41,048 bases of DNA from a virus (IMGVR_UViG_3300032301_000472:1-41048), one strand, 5' to 3'. Numbered from the stretch's first letter, positions 18,815 through 27,160 are shown. The notes: generated by a model not told the origin, from the sequence alone. A program made the numbers and translations.

Positions 18815-20313
18815 TAGTCACTTACTCCAAAATATGTGAACACTGGGTCGTTCACGGGCTTCTCTGGGTTGCGGATTGCATGACGTACAGCGATTGCCAG
18901 TGCCATCACTGCGTCTTGTTCCAACTTCTTATCGTCTAGTTTGTACGCGAGAAGTTGCCTTCGCAACTCGTCCCACGCGCCCCCCACAGGGAAACTGATC
19001 TGACCCTTATCGATCACTGCCTTGAGGTCGTTCAATAATTCGACCTTCTTGGACTTTGTTCCGCCGAAGTCGAAGCCTCGGATCGGCCTGATGATGCTGA
19101 ACTCCTGCTGGAAGAGGCGTCCGCCCAGTCCAGTGGAGTCAACGATGGTCGTTGCCGACGCACCATCTTCGTTGTAGAGCAGATGACCCTCTCGAACCAT
19201 GTTGACCACGGCTGAGATGCTCTGCTTGCCTCCGCGCTTGCGGACGCGGGTGCCAGTCATATGCTGGCGGTCCGTAGTGTCGAGCGTGATGGCCCATGTT
19301 GCGTCATGTGAAATACCAGGATCAACGCCCTGGACGTACCGATGGTGGCGCTTCGGGCCCTGCTCTTCGACTTCGTTCTTAAATGCTGATTGTACCGACA
19401 CCGACCAGAAGAATGAATCCCTGGCCTCGATGAAATACCCGTCAATGTTTTGCGGAATCAGATATGGAGCCTGCTGTCGAACAACGTCATCGAAGTTCTC
19501 TTGCGTTAGGCCGTACCCGATGTTGGACCGAGTCGAGAGTCGGAAGGAGATGAACTTCTCGTCCTTCTCTGGATTCTCTGGATTACCTTTTTCCCAAAGG
19601 TCGGAGTAGTCGTTGATGCCCTCGGTTGGCGTTCCAATGAAGTGGAGCGGTCCGCCAGTGGAGAGTCGTCGGAGGTTGAGTACCTCTTGGTAAATCATCA
19701 GCAAGTGGGGCTCGAACGCCGCCTCGTCAAACGAGATGCCATTCATGTCCTTACCGAGGAGAGCCTTGGCTCGATCCTGCGTGGTTCGGAAGTGGATGTT
19801 CGCCCCGCCTACGACGGAGTTGAACTTGATCCACGGATACTCACCGCGATACTTCTTGGTGGTCTCGACGATCTTGCCGAGTTCTTTGATGATAGGACAC
19901 CCACGGCCCCTCTGGGCTTGGTGGACTCCGTTAAGGATCGTCTCGATCTCTCGGAAGACCAACTCTGCGGTCTCCTGTTGGATCCCAACATGGTACCACT
20001 CGTACGGAGCATCTGTCCAACGCCGTGCTGACTCCATGTCGCCTGGGGTGGGATTTGCCAGCCCCAACTTGTACAGTGCATGGTGGAAACAGACTACAGC
20101 CATGGCAAGCGTTTTGCCTGCTCGGTTGCCTGCCGAAACTACCGTGGTGATGTACTTAGGCCTAAACCCACTCTCGTCGCGCTCGGCGCAGGCTTTCCAC
20201 CAGGTTACTTGTCCAGGATTACCCTTGATTCCAAGCCATCGATCCGCAAAGAACTCAATGTCGTTACGCCCCCTAGCAAGGTCAAAGGCAATTGCGCTGT
20301 CGACCTGCTTCAA
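18814..20313 (-). CDS. terL: Terminase large subunit
   Basis: Walker A 'SAGNRAGKT', Walker B 'ISFDEAA', motif III 'GTP', nuclease 'GVDPG' and 'QDAVMALA'. Confidence 0.9.
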   Translation of the reverse strand: MKQVDSAIAFDLARGRNDIEFFADRWLGIKGNPGQVTWWKACAERDESGFRPKYITTVVSAGNRAGKTLAMAVVCFHHALYKLGLANPTPGDMESARRWTDAPYEWYHVGIQQETAELVFREIETILNGVHQAQRGRGCPIIKELGKIVETTKKYRGEYPWIKFNSVVGGANIHFRTTQDRAKALLGKDMNGISFDEAAFEPHLLMIYQEVLNLRRLSTGGPLHFIGTPTEGINDYSDLWEKGNPENPEKDEKFISFRLSTRSNIGYGLTQENFDDVVRQQAPYLIPQNIDGYFIEARDSFFWSVSVQSAFKNEVEEQGPKRHHRYVQGVDPGISHDATWAITLDTTDRQHMTGTRVRKRGGKQSISAVVNMVREGHLLYNEDGASATTIVDSTGLGGRLFQQEFSIIRPIRGFDFGGTKSKKVELLNDLKAVIDKGQISFPVGGAWDELRRQLLAYKLDDKKLEQDAVMALAIAVRHAIRNPEKPVNDPVFTYFGVSD

Positions 20314-20609
20314 GCCTTGTTGCGCTTGCTGATCGCGGCTGCCTTAGCGCGGGCATCCGCCTTGCTGCTGGCTCCCCAAGCCTTGAGGCTTAGGAGTAGG
20401 CGTGTCGGTTGACCCTTCTCGTCACGCTCTGGACCAGGCATTCCTCCCATGCGGGCGAGGAAAGAAGCACGTCGCGGGTTGTCCCCGCTTTTGACTGGCG
20501 CCTTTAGCGTGCCACCAGTCTGCGCCTTGTAGGAGGCACGGCCCTTAGCATTAAGGCCACCCTTTGGGTTCTTGCCCTCTTTTCGTTGCCATGCTGCGCT
20601 TTTTGGCAT
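20310..20609 (-). CDS. Small basic phage protein (DUF6321-like)
   Basis: 'AWQRKEGKNPKGGLNAKGRASY...RRASFLARMGG', recognised from memory of this phage family. Confidence 0.65.
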   Translation of the reverse strand: MPKSAAWQRKEGKNPKGGLNAKGRASYKAQTGGTLKAPVKSGDNPRRASFLARMGGMPGPERDEKGQPTRLLLSLKAWGASSKADARAKAAAISKRNKA

Positions 20610-21664
20610 TACTTCCGAACGACACCGTAGTCGGTATTGCTTGGGTCTAGCGCCTTTACGACGACCTGGAGGGCCGAGGCTAGGCCAGCAGAAAGCACCA
20701 GGCGGAAATCTCCGCCGTTGATGTCGAGGAGCGGGATTCCGAGGCCGAGTGCCACCGAGATGGATACCGTCAAGAACGTTCGGGTGGCGTCGAGGAGCAT
20801 GTCGTCCAACTTTGTGTGGACTACAAGGTAGGTAAGGAAATACTTAATCTTCTTGAGCACGGTGGTTTCCTTGCTCGACCCCTTTAGCGCTGCGGATGCT
20901 ACCCCAGCATATTGCTTCCCAACAGTGCCCCAGTCCAAGTTTTCGAAGGACTTAATAGCCTGTTCTAGTTCGGATGGTGTCTTAGTACCAGATTCTACTT
21001 TTCGAGCCTCTACGGGCTTCCTAGGTGCCTCTACGTTGATTTTAGCGACCACCTTGGCGTCTGGCTCTGGCTTGGCAACTGCTACTACCTTGGCGGATAC
21101 AATCCAGGCCATGGGTGTCTTGCGCTTGGCGTTTTGCTCGCCAATGCCCCAGTGGGCAATGGTCTTGGCTTCCTCAGCAGTAATGATCTTGCCAAACTCT
21201 TCGGCCCCATTACCGCTCATCATTGGATCAGCGAAGACGAACTTTCCGTTTACGATTGCCAGCGTGGCGAAATGTCCGTAGGAATGCTTGGGTCGGCGCT
21301 TAAGGCTTGCCTTCTGGGCTGCGCTCCAAGCCGATGCTGGGACTGCAATTGGGGCTCGGAATGCGACGCAGACGGCGTTTCCCGCGTTCATCGCGGCAAC
21401 TGCCTTGGCCCACGTTGGTGCTACCGTCATCTTTGCCCCAAGTAGTGAGGCAGCCTTGATGATCTGTACGAACGTTGTTCCTTCGCTGGTGCCGTTCTTG
21501 TCGACGCGACCAGCCTTTGCTGCGGCATCGATGGCGGCCTTGACGCCAGGGTTAGATGTTTCCTTGGAGGCGTAGAAGATCGCGGCGGCAAGCGCAGCAG
21601 GGCCGCAGTCATCCAGGCGACCGCCCTTTTCTGCAAATGGTAGTTGACTAAAGACCCTTAACAT
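20609..21664 (-). CDS. C39-like cysteine peptidase (putative lysin) fused to a C-terminal holin-like membrane domain
   Basis: Q..C 'SQL...DDCGPAA', His 'GHF', Asp 'FADP'; C-terminal hydrophobic 'RTFLTVSISVALGLG...LSAGLASALQVV'; AAGGAG RBS favours ATG 21664. Confidence 0.65.
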   Translation of the reverse strand: MLRVFSQLPFAEKGGRLDDCGPAALAAAIFYASKETSNPGVKAAIDAAAKAGRVDKNGTSEGTTFVQIIKAASLLGAKMTVAPTWAKAVAAMNAGNAVCVAFRAPIAVPASAWSAAQKASLKRRPKHSYGHFATLAIVNGKFVFADPMMSGNGAEEFGKIITAEEAKTIAHWGIGEQNAKRKTPMAWIVSAKVVAVAKPEPDAKVVAKINVEAPRKPVEARKVESGTKTPSELEQAIKSFENLDWGTVGKQYAGVASAALKGSSKETTVLKKIKYFLTYLVVHTKLDDMLLDATRTFLTVSISVALGLGIPLLDINGGDFRLVLSAGLASALQVVVKALDPSNTDYGVVRK

Positions 21665-21685
21665 CCACACTCCTTTTCGAGCGGC

Positions 21686-22171
21686 TCATTCATCGGTGCC
21701 CTCGACCTGCTTAATTTCTGTTGCTTCAATAACCTGGAACCTGGCGTCGCCTCCACCGAGAATCGCGGCGAGCGTAAGGGCGACTTCTCGGTCTGCACCC
21801 TTCTCCTGTCGTCGGTCGATCATCTCCTGCGCCCGCAGGCCTTCTGCCAGCGTTGGGGTCATGATTCCGTCTTGAACGGCGCTGTGTACGTAGTCTCGGA
21901 CAAGTGAGGCAAGGTCGCCAGTCACCTTGATGGTGCCCTGCTGCTTCTTCATGACCTTGGCAGCCTCGATCCTGACTCGCTCGTGTGGATCGGTGAGGTG
22001 CTCACGCTTGTGCTTGCCGAGGGTGATTCGGCTGACATAGTGGCCCGCATCCTTGAGCCACGCGGAGATGACCTTGTCTGGGACTTGGTCCTTCATCTTC
22101 TTGTTGATCGCCTCAACCAAAGGGCTGCGACAGACGTGGCAGCCAGTAAGCACTGGAGCCAGGTCGGTCAC
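21686..22171 (-). CDS. Putative terminase small subunit (Zn-binding/HTH N-terminus)
   Basis: 'CHVC...ISAWL...VSRITLGKHKREH' followed by helical region; lies upstream of TerL. Confidence 0.55.
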   Translation of the reverse strand: MTDLAPVLTGCHVCRSPLVEAINKKMKDQVPDKVISAWLKDAGHYVSRITLGKHKREHLTDPHERVRIEAAKVMKKQQGTIKVTGDLASLVRDYVHSAVQDGIMTPTLAEGLRAQEMIDRRQEKGADREVALTLAAILGGGDARFQVIEATEIKQVEGTDE

Positions 22172-22296
22172 TCTGGAACCTCCTCGGGCATCCGCTCATT
22201 CTTGCCGATGATCTTGCCAGTCTCTGCGTCTCGGACGATCTCGGTGAGCATACCAGTCTGCTCGTCTAGGTAGGCTGGTTCAATGATGACTGGCAT
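22168..22296 (-). CDS. 42 aa hypothetical protein (possible tail-fibre accessory)
   Basis: MPVIIEPAYLDEQTGMLTEIVRDAETGKIIGKNERMPEEVPE; start and stop overlap both neighbours; GGAGG upstream. Confidence 0.55.
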   Translation of the reverse strand: MPVIIEPAYLDEQTGMLTEIVRDAETGKIIGKNERMPEEVPE

Positions 22297-23702
22297 CAGG
22301 ATACCTCCGCAAACACACCACCAAGGGCCCCACTGACTGATCCTGTTGATGGTGTCACAAGATCTGCTTCGCCTGAGTCGTTGTAGAGCGCGACGCCAGT
22401 TGCAGCGTTCGCTGCGGTTGCTTGTCTGCCGGTTGCCAGCAGAAGCGTTGCAGTCGAGGATGCTACCTGAATCACCGAAAGGAAGTATTCGGTGCCAGCG
22501 ATCATTGTGTAGGTTGCAGGGTAGCCACCTGTCGTGTCGAGCGCACGAGTGAACTTGGTGTTGCTTGCGTTGAAGATTGTCGTGTCTGATGCCGTGCGAG
22601 CGACGAGTGTGAAGGTCGTGCCGCTGCGTGTATAGATGCCAAAGCGAATAAGTGTTGGCACCGAAGCCGCTGTGGTAGACACGAAAGCAATGTTTGTCAC
22701 GGTAAAATCTCGGTGCGGAATGATTCTGCTATGAACGATTGTTCCGCTTGCAGGAGTACTGGGAGCCGTAAGCACGAATCTTGGAACAGTAGCAATAACT
22801 CCAGCCGTTCCAAAGGTGTACGCCTCCCACCCTGCCGTGGCAATGTCATACGCCTTCTTGACGGCAGTTGGCGTAGCGGCAAGCACGCTGCTTGTAGTGC
22901 TGACTGAATCGCTCAACTGCACCACGCCAGAGGCTGAAGTCGATGCGTCCGTGATGCTGATGGCTGGCGTACCGCCGCCGCTAGAGACAATCGGCGCGGT
23001 GCCGCTAACGGCAGTGACGTAGGTTCCAGCAGGCTGGTAGGCGTGGGTGTGGGTAGAAAGGCTGACGGATGTGCCGCCATTCGTCAGTGATCCAACTACC
23101 TCTAGTGCGTCGTCGGTCTTTAGTGCGTTTGCCGATACTCGGTAAAGATTGACATCATCACCAAACGTGATGCCATCGTCTACAAGCGTTGGAGATGTGG
23201 TGCTGGAGTTTACTCCGATAGATTTTGCCCGAAGGCTTTGCTTCGTTGGACCAGATTGCACCAGGACCTCAATTGGGTTTTTGGATCTAAGGTGAAGGTG
23301 GTCGTCGGTGGCATTGACCGTAATGGAGCCATAGGACGTTCCCTTGGCAACGATGATCTCGCCAAAGCCAACAGTGGTTGTGGTTGTTGCTGAGGAAACA
23401 AGCAACTGTCCACTCATGGTATCGCCAGTTTTATTTACATACGTCCCTGATCCTCCACCAAAGTTTCCAGTCGCAGTTCCAGTGAGGGTGATATCTCCAA
23501 CTGTAAGCGTAGACACCTGGATGTTGCCCGTTGTTGGGGTCTCGGTAATGACAAGGTTGCCCTTGGTTAGTTGTTCGGCCCAGTCAATGAGAAACTCATC
23601 GTAAAACGCGTCTGGAAAGGTGTGGGTAGACCCAGCAGCACCAACAAAGTCATTATTACGCCAGCGGGTATTAATGGTTACGTTTGAGGTAAACTTAGCC
23701 AT
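22296..23702 (-). CDS. Tail fibre / receptor-binding protein
   Basis: Thr/Ser/Gly-rich; phage fibre repeat 'ASGVVQLSDS...AATPTAVKKAYD'; 'THTH' motif. Confidence 0.75.
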   Translation of the reverse strand: MAKFTSNVTINTRWRNNDFVGAAGSTHTFPDAFYDEFLIDWAEQLTKGNLVITETPTTGNIQVSTLTVGDITLTGTATGNFGGGSGTYVNKTGDTMSGQLLVSSATTTTTVGFGEIIVAKGTSYGSITVNATDDHLHLRSKNPIEVLVQSGPTKQSLRAKSIGVNSSTTSPTLVDDGITFGDDVNLYRVSANALKTDDALEVVGSLTNGGTSVSLSTHTHAYQPAGTYVTAVSGTAPIVSSGGGTPAISITDASTSASGVVQLSDSVSTTSSVLAATPTAVKKAYDIATAGWEAYTFGTAGVIATVPRFVLTAPSTPASGTIVHSRIIPHRDFTVTNIAFVSTTAASVPTLIRFGIYTRSGTTFTLVARTASDTTIFNASNTKFTRALDTTGGYPATYTMIAGTEYFLSVIQVASSTATLLLATGRQATAANAATGVALYNDSGEADLVTPSTGSVSGALGGVFAEVS

Positions 23703-23926
23703 CAGCCGCCTTTCTGTCGATTCGCCCTTCGGCTCATCAACTGAAGATTCTTCTTCGAGTTGTTCTTCGGGTTGCCGTCCTTGTGGTCGACTTCCTTACC
23801 CTTTACCGCAGCCTTGCCATGCTTCTTGGCCATGGTGGCGCGGGCGGAGTTACGGGAGGCACGGTTCTTGATCTGCTCAGGGGTACCGTGGTACTCGTCG
23901 TATTCCTTGCGGTAGTTACGGGGCAT
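23702..23926 (-). CDS. HNH endonuclease
   Basis: 'EVDHKDGNPKNNSKKNLQLMSRRANR'. Confidence 0.8.
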   Translation of the reverse strand: MPRNYRKEYDEYHGTPEQIKNRASRNSARATMAKKHGKAAVKGKEVDHKDGNPKNNSKKNLQLMSRRANRQKGG

Positions 23927-24138
23927 TACTTCTTCTTCTTCGCCGTCTTGGCAGAGTCCCTGAAGTCCTTGGCGCTCGGGGCGCCCTTGCTTCCTGGCTT
24001 GCGCATCTTCTCGCCAGAGCCAGCGGCAATGCGCTTCTTCTTGGCGTTGATGTTGGCGTACAGGCCTTTCTCGGCCTTCTCTGCCGCAGCCTTACCAGCC
24101 TTCGTGTATGGGAACTTCTTCCCACCGACCATTGGCAT
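23926..24138 (-). CDS. Small Lys-rich phage protein
   Basis: 'GLYANINAKKKRIAAGSGEKMRKPGSKGAP'; AGGAG RBS; coupled to neighbours. Confidence 0.7.
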   Translation of the reverse strand: MPMVGGKKFPYTKAGKAAAEKAEKGLYANINAKKKRIAAGSGEKMRKPGSKGAPSAKDFRDSAKTAKKKK

Positions 24139-24527
24139 TATTTTACTCCTACTGGCAGGGGTAGTAACTCTGCCACTACATTTGAGAGCGAGTCGGCTGA
24201 CCGCTCAGATTCCGTATCCCATACATGGGAGAGCAACTCATACGCTGTGGAGCCCAAGGGCTTCTCCAGCGCTTCGACCAGCCGCTCTACGCCTGCCTGA
24301 TGGATATGGATCAACTCGTGTGCAACCACCCGACGGATGTCCTCTGGCTTCTCTGCCCATAGTTTAGGAGAGAAGCGGATGGTGGCAGTGTAGAGGTTGG
24401 TACTAACCTCTACGTCAGCCCAGGCATCATCCTCACAAGGATCTGCCGAGATGTTTACCGTCCAGTGGGCCAGACCCATAAGGTCTTTACATTGGCCAAC
24501 ATATTCATGTACCTTTTTGCTCGCCAT
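24138..24527 (-). CDS. Putative zinc metallopeptidase (HEXXH)
   Basis: 'VVAHELIHIH' with downstream 'ESE'. Confidence 0.65.
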   Translation of the reverse strand: MASKKVHEYVGQCKDLMGLAHWTVNISADPCEDDAWADVEVSTNLYTATIRFSPKLWAEKPEDIRRVVAHELIHIHQAGVERLVEALEKPLGSTAYELLSHVWDTESERSADSLSNVVAELLPLPVGVK

Positions 24528-24573
24528 TGTGCCCCCACTGAAACGGTAAATTTTTATACTTACTTAGGACCTT

Positions 24574-24813
24574 TTAGCGTCCGCCTGGTCGCTTTGGAAC
24601 GACTGGCTTCTTCTTTCGAATCGGCGACGGCATCTTCTGAAGATCGCTTGGCTTACCTTGGAATAGGTCCCTGATTGGCTTTACCATGCTGCCTGGCTTT
24701 GGCTTTGGCTTCCCTGGCTTTGGCTTCCCTGGACCTGGCTTTGGGCGTCCAGGCAACAGATTTCCCTTGCTTGGGTCAAATGGCTTTGGCTTACCTGGCC
24801 TCAGTGATGCCAT
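24574..24813 (-). CDS. Lys/Pro-rich basic protein with PKPG repeats
   Basis: 'PGRPKPGPGKPKPGKPKPKPG'; starts 2 nt after the upstream stop. Confidence 0.55.
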   Translation of the reverse strand: MASLRPGKPKPFDPSKGNLLPGRPKPGPGKPKPGKPKPKPGSMVKPIRDLFQGKPSDLQKMPSPIRKKKPVVPKRPGGR

Positions 24814-24815
24814 TT

Positions 24816-25232
24816 TTAGTACCCCTTCTTCTTTGCGCCCGTCTTGCGGGTGCCTGAACCACGGTTGTGCTGGACTTCGGTTACGGTTTCTGGTCCTGCA
24901 ATTCGGTAAATTTCCAAATCATTATAGTTACGCATGGGGACATTAGCGGTTGAGTACTTTCTTGTAACCGTGTTCTCTCGTCGCCCACCCTGCCCAAGGG
25001 TTGTGTTCTTTCGCGTAAGCGTCGAAGGGCGCGAATTACCCTGCGCATTTTCGTTCGAAGATGCGAGAGTTGTCTTAATAGTCTTTCCATATTTGTTTGA
25101 AATTCTTGAAGAAAGAGTAGCCGAACGACCCAATTTATCGGTCATTCCGCCACCTGGGTAGATTACGTCGCGAGAGGCTCTGAGCCCCTTGCCTGACGCC
25201 TTGGCTTTGCCTGCCTTCTTTGGTGTTGCCAT
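24816..25232 (-). CDS. Basic hypothetical protein, first gene of the late block
   Basis: AAGGAG RBS; Lys/Arg/Thr-rich, 138 aa. Confidence 0.6.
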   Translation of the reverse strand: MATPKKAGKAKASGKGLRASRDVIYPGGGMTDKLGRSATLSSRISNKYGKTIKTTLASSNENAQGNSRPSTLTRKNTTLGQGGRRENTVTRKYSTANVPMRNYNDLEIYRIAGPETVTEVQHNRGSGTRKTGAKKKGY

Positions 25233-25546
25233 TTTTTACTCCTTGGGGGTATCCCCCTCTTAACCTGGCCTAGCGGCCAGGAGGTACGAACTCTAGTTTA
25301 GTTTAGACCCTGGGCAGGAGGATGAGTTCGTGGCCCCCTCTGTGTCTCCCCCATTTAACCAGAAAAAAGGGGGGTTTATGTCAAAAATGACATACGGTAT
25401 TTTTTCTTTGACTGACAAGGGGCTTTTTTCACGGGGGAGGCCGCCTTTTCACAGGGGTGTTCAATGCGGGGTGGGGTGTTCCTCACTATATTAGGGGATA
25501 CCCCCAAAATGCTACGGGGGGAGGGGACCTGAAATAAATTCAGAAA

Positions 25547-25563
25547 TGGCACAATCTGTGCCA
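25547..25563. promoter_or_regulatory. 17 bp palindrome TGGCACA-N3-TGTGCCA, copy 1
   Basis: TGGCACAATCTGTGCCA; three copies in the non-coding region. Confidence 0.6.
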
Positions 25564-25657
25564 GAACAGGACAAGCAAGCCTGTCGCACGAGGACAGGGG
25601 GGGTTGTCCCCTAGGACAGGGCGGGTTGTCGGGTGGGAGGAGGGGGCGTTACCCTTC

Positions 25658-25674
25658 TGGCACAACTTGTGCCA
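25658..25674. promoter_or_regulatory. 17 bp palindrome TGGCACA-N3-TGTGCCA, copy 2
   Basis: TGGCACAACTTGTGCCA. Confidence 0.6.
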
Positions 25675-25958
25675 TTCAGCAGCAGCCCTCTGACCGTCCA
25701 GCCAGCAGCCCCCCGCATTGCCACCCAACAGCCACGCAGAGCCCTCCGCACCCCTGACTGGCACCAACACACCACCCCAGCCCTGAACGTGGCTCTCCGT
25801 GGCTCCTACCCCCCTGTTCAATTCTTGAGCAAACGTGAGGATCCATCACGAAGATCTGGCACGCAACACCTGTTGCAATCCCGCCCAACCTGTGCGAAAC
25901 TGAACCCAGACGGGCGGCAGATGACCACCCGCGAGCACGAAACTGAAGGAGGCTCACA

Positions 25959-26321
25959 ATGAGCAAGCGCTACAACTTCCGAACCCAGAAGGGGATCCTT
26001 GAGCACTGCGCCGACCGTGGCGAGGGCGTGATGGCTGCCCGCGATCTGCTGGAGAACTTCCCGTACGTCGGTCAGCCAGCCACCTTCCACATCGGCAGCG
26101 ACTCGTACGCCGACGAGGTGGTCAAGGTGAACCTCAAGAGGGATGGCACCTTCAAGTCGGTCGTGACCAAACGCGGCACCTTCGTCCAGAAGGTCAGCCC
26201 GAACTGCCACAGCACGGGCGACGGCACGGGCTGGTACCACGAGTCCTACCTAGACGGGCTCAAGACCAGCGGATGGATTGAACTGGGCGTCGCCAAGACG
26301 TACCTAGACCCTCACTTCTAG
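25959..26321 (+). CDS. Hypothetical early protein
   Basis: AAGGAGG RBS, 120 aa, followed by a terminator. Confidence 0.75.
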   Translation: MSKRYNFRTQKGILEHCADRGEGVMAARDLLENFPYVGQPATFHIGSDSYADEVVKVNLKRDGTFKSVVTKRGTFVQKVSPNCHSTGDGTGWYHESYLDGLKTSGWIELGVAKTYLDPHF

Positions 26322-26333
26322 GCAGCACTGGGC

Positions 26334-26367
26334 GGGAGGCGGGCGGGGCTCGCCTCCCCCCTTTTTT
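26334..26367 (+). terminator. Rho-independent terminator
   Basis: GGGAGGCGGGC GGG GCTCGCCTCCC hairpin followed by CCCTTTTTT. Confidence 0.75.
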
Positions 26368-26395
26368 GCCCACCCATTTGTTACAGTAACAATCG

Positions 26396-26450
26396 GTGAT
26401 AGTCAATAAATGATAGTAACCTTATGATAGGCGATTGTTACATTGTTACA
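26396..26450 (+). repeat. AT-rich cassette copy 1 (3x TGATAG + TTGTTACA repeats)
   Basis: GTGATAGTCAATAAATGATAGTAACCTTATGATAG...TTGTTACATTGTTACA. Confidence 0.85.
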
Positions 26451-26495
26451 TAGAACAGATGTTCTATTTGCCAATTAGAACAGATGTTCTATTTG
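26451..26495. promoter_or_regulatory. Two tandem LexA (SOS)-type boxes AGAAC-N4-GTTCT
   Basis: TAGAACAGATGTTCTA at 26451-26466 and 26476-26491, inside a 20 bp perfect direct repeat. Confidence 0.75.
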
Positions 26496-26500
26496 AGAAG

Positions 26501-26527
26501 TTAGCACTCTCGCCCTCCGACTGCTAA
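26501..26527. promoter_or_regulatory. CIRCE element (HrcA operator)
   Basis: TTAGCACTC-TCGCCCTCC-GACTGCTAA vs consensus TTAGCACTC-N9-GAGTGCTAA: 17/18 match, exact spacer. Confidence 0.85.
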
Positions 26528-26528
26528 C

Positions 26529-26545
26529 TGGCACAACCTGTGCCA
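26529..26545. promoter_or_regulatory. 17 bp palindrome TGGCACA-N3-TGTGCCA, copy 3
   Basis: TGGCACAACCTGTGCCA, 1 nt after CIRCE. Confidence 0.6.
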
Positions 26546-26554
26546 CCACCTTCC

Positions 26555-26573
26555 TGTTGCGCCTGACGCAACA
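26555..26573. promoter_or_regulatory. Palindrome TGTTGCG-N5-CGCAACA
   Basis: TGTTGCGCCTGACGCAACA; same half-site in GCAACACCTGTTGC near 25864. Confidence 0.45.
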
Positions 26574-26821
26574 CCCCCTTGACTTTTGGAAAACCCCGCA
26601 GCGTGGCTCCTAGGTGCCTCTACGGTCAAATGCCCCAAAAGGGTGTCTGTACCCCACCCTGACCCCAAACGCCTCTCTCCGTGGCTCCTAGACCCCTGTT
26701 ATTTTCGCCGCATTGGCACCTACCAGCCACGCAGAGCCCCGTTCTCCCTCAGACCCCATAATCCCCCACCCCAGCCGAAACGCCTCTCTCCGTGGCGCAA
26801 ATCGCCTCGCTCCAGCGGGGA

Positions 26822-26890
26822 TGATAGTCAATAATGATAGTTACCTTATGATAGGATTTGTTACATGTTACATTGTTAAGAAATCTTACA
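26822..26890 (+). repeat. AT-rich cassette copy 2
   Basis: TGATAGTCAATAATGATAGTTACCTTATGATAG...TTGTTACATGTTACATTGTTAAGAAATCTTACA. Confidence 0.85.
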
Positions 26891-27070
26891 CATTGGCGTT
26901 AACATTCCGTTAACATTGATGCTTCACAATGGTCATAGACGAAGAGGAGCGATCCTCTGGGTGATGGGTGACTGACCCGTGGTGAACGGAGGCAGTCAAC
27001 CGATAAGCCCGACGATCAGGTGACTGAGACCCAGCACCTGACCGAAGAGTCCTTGGACAGATGAATAGAG

Positions 27071-27160
27071 ACCTCCAAACGAAACGGTGGGTGCATAGGC
27101 AACCCTTCAGCCCCACCGTCTGCGGACTTGTATGATCCGCACTGATGAGTAACTGGAGGT
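27071..27160 (+). ncRNA. Hammerhead ribozyme 1 (type II), predicted cleavage after C27120
   Basis: AC-GAAA-CGGTGGG...CCCACCG-TC / TGCGGA-loop-TCCGCA-CTGATGA-GT; distal ACCTCCA pairs with TGGAGGT. Confidence 0.85.

Noticed and set aside
462-24946. Numerous antisense/overlapping ORFs on the + strand of the late block (and - strand of dnaB)
   Set aside because: Shadow ORFs expected in GC-rich coding DNA; no motifs
25482-25498. CACTATATTAGG as an NrdR box
   Set aside because: Only a partial, single match; too weak to call
25857-25878. TGGCAC...TTGC as a sigma54 promoter
   Set aside because: Spacing is 10 nt rather than the required 5; the other TGGCAC copies are palindromes
26579-26610. TTGACT as the -35 of a promoter controlled by the operator array
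   Set aside because: No plausible -10 hexamer at 16-18 bp
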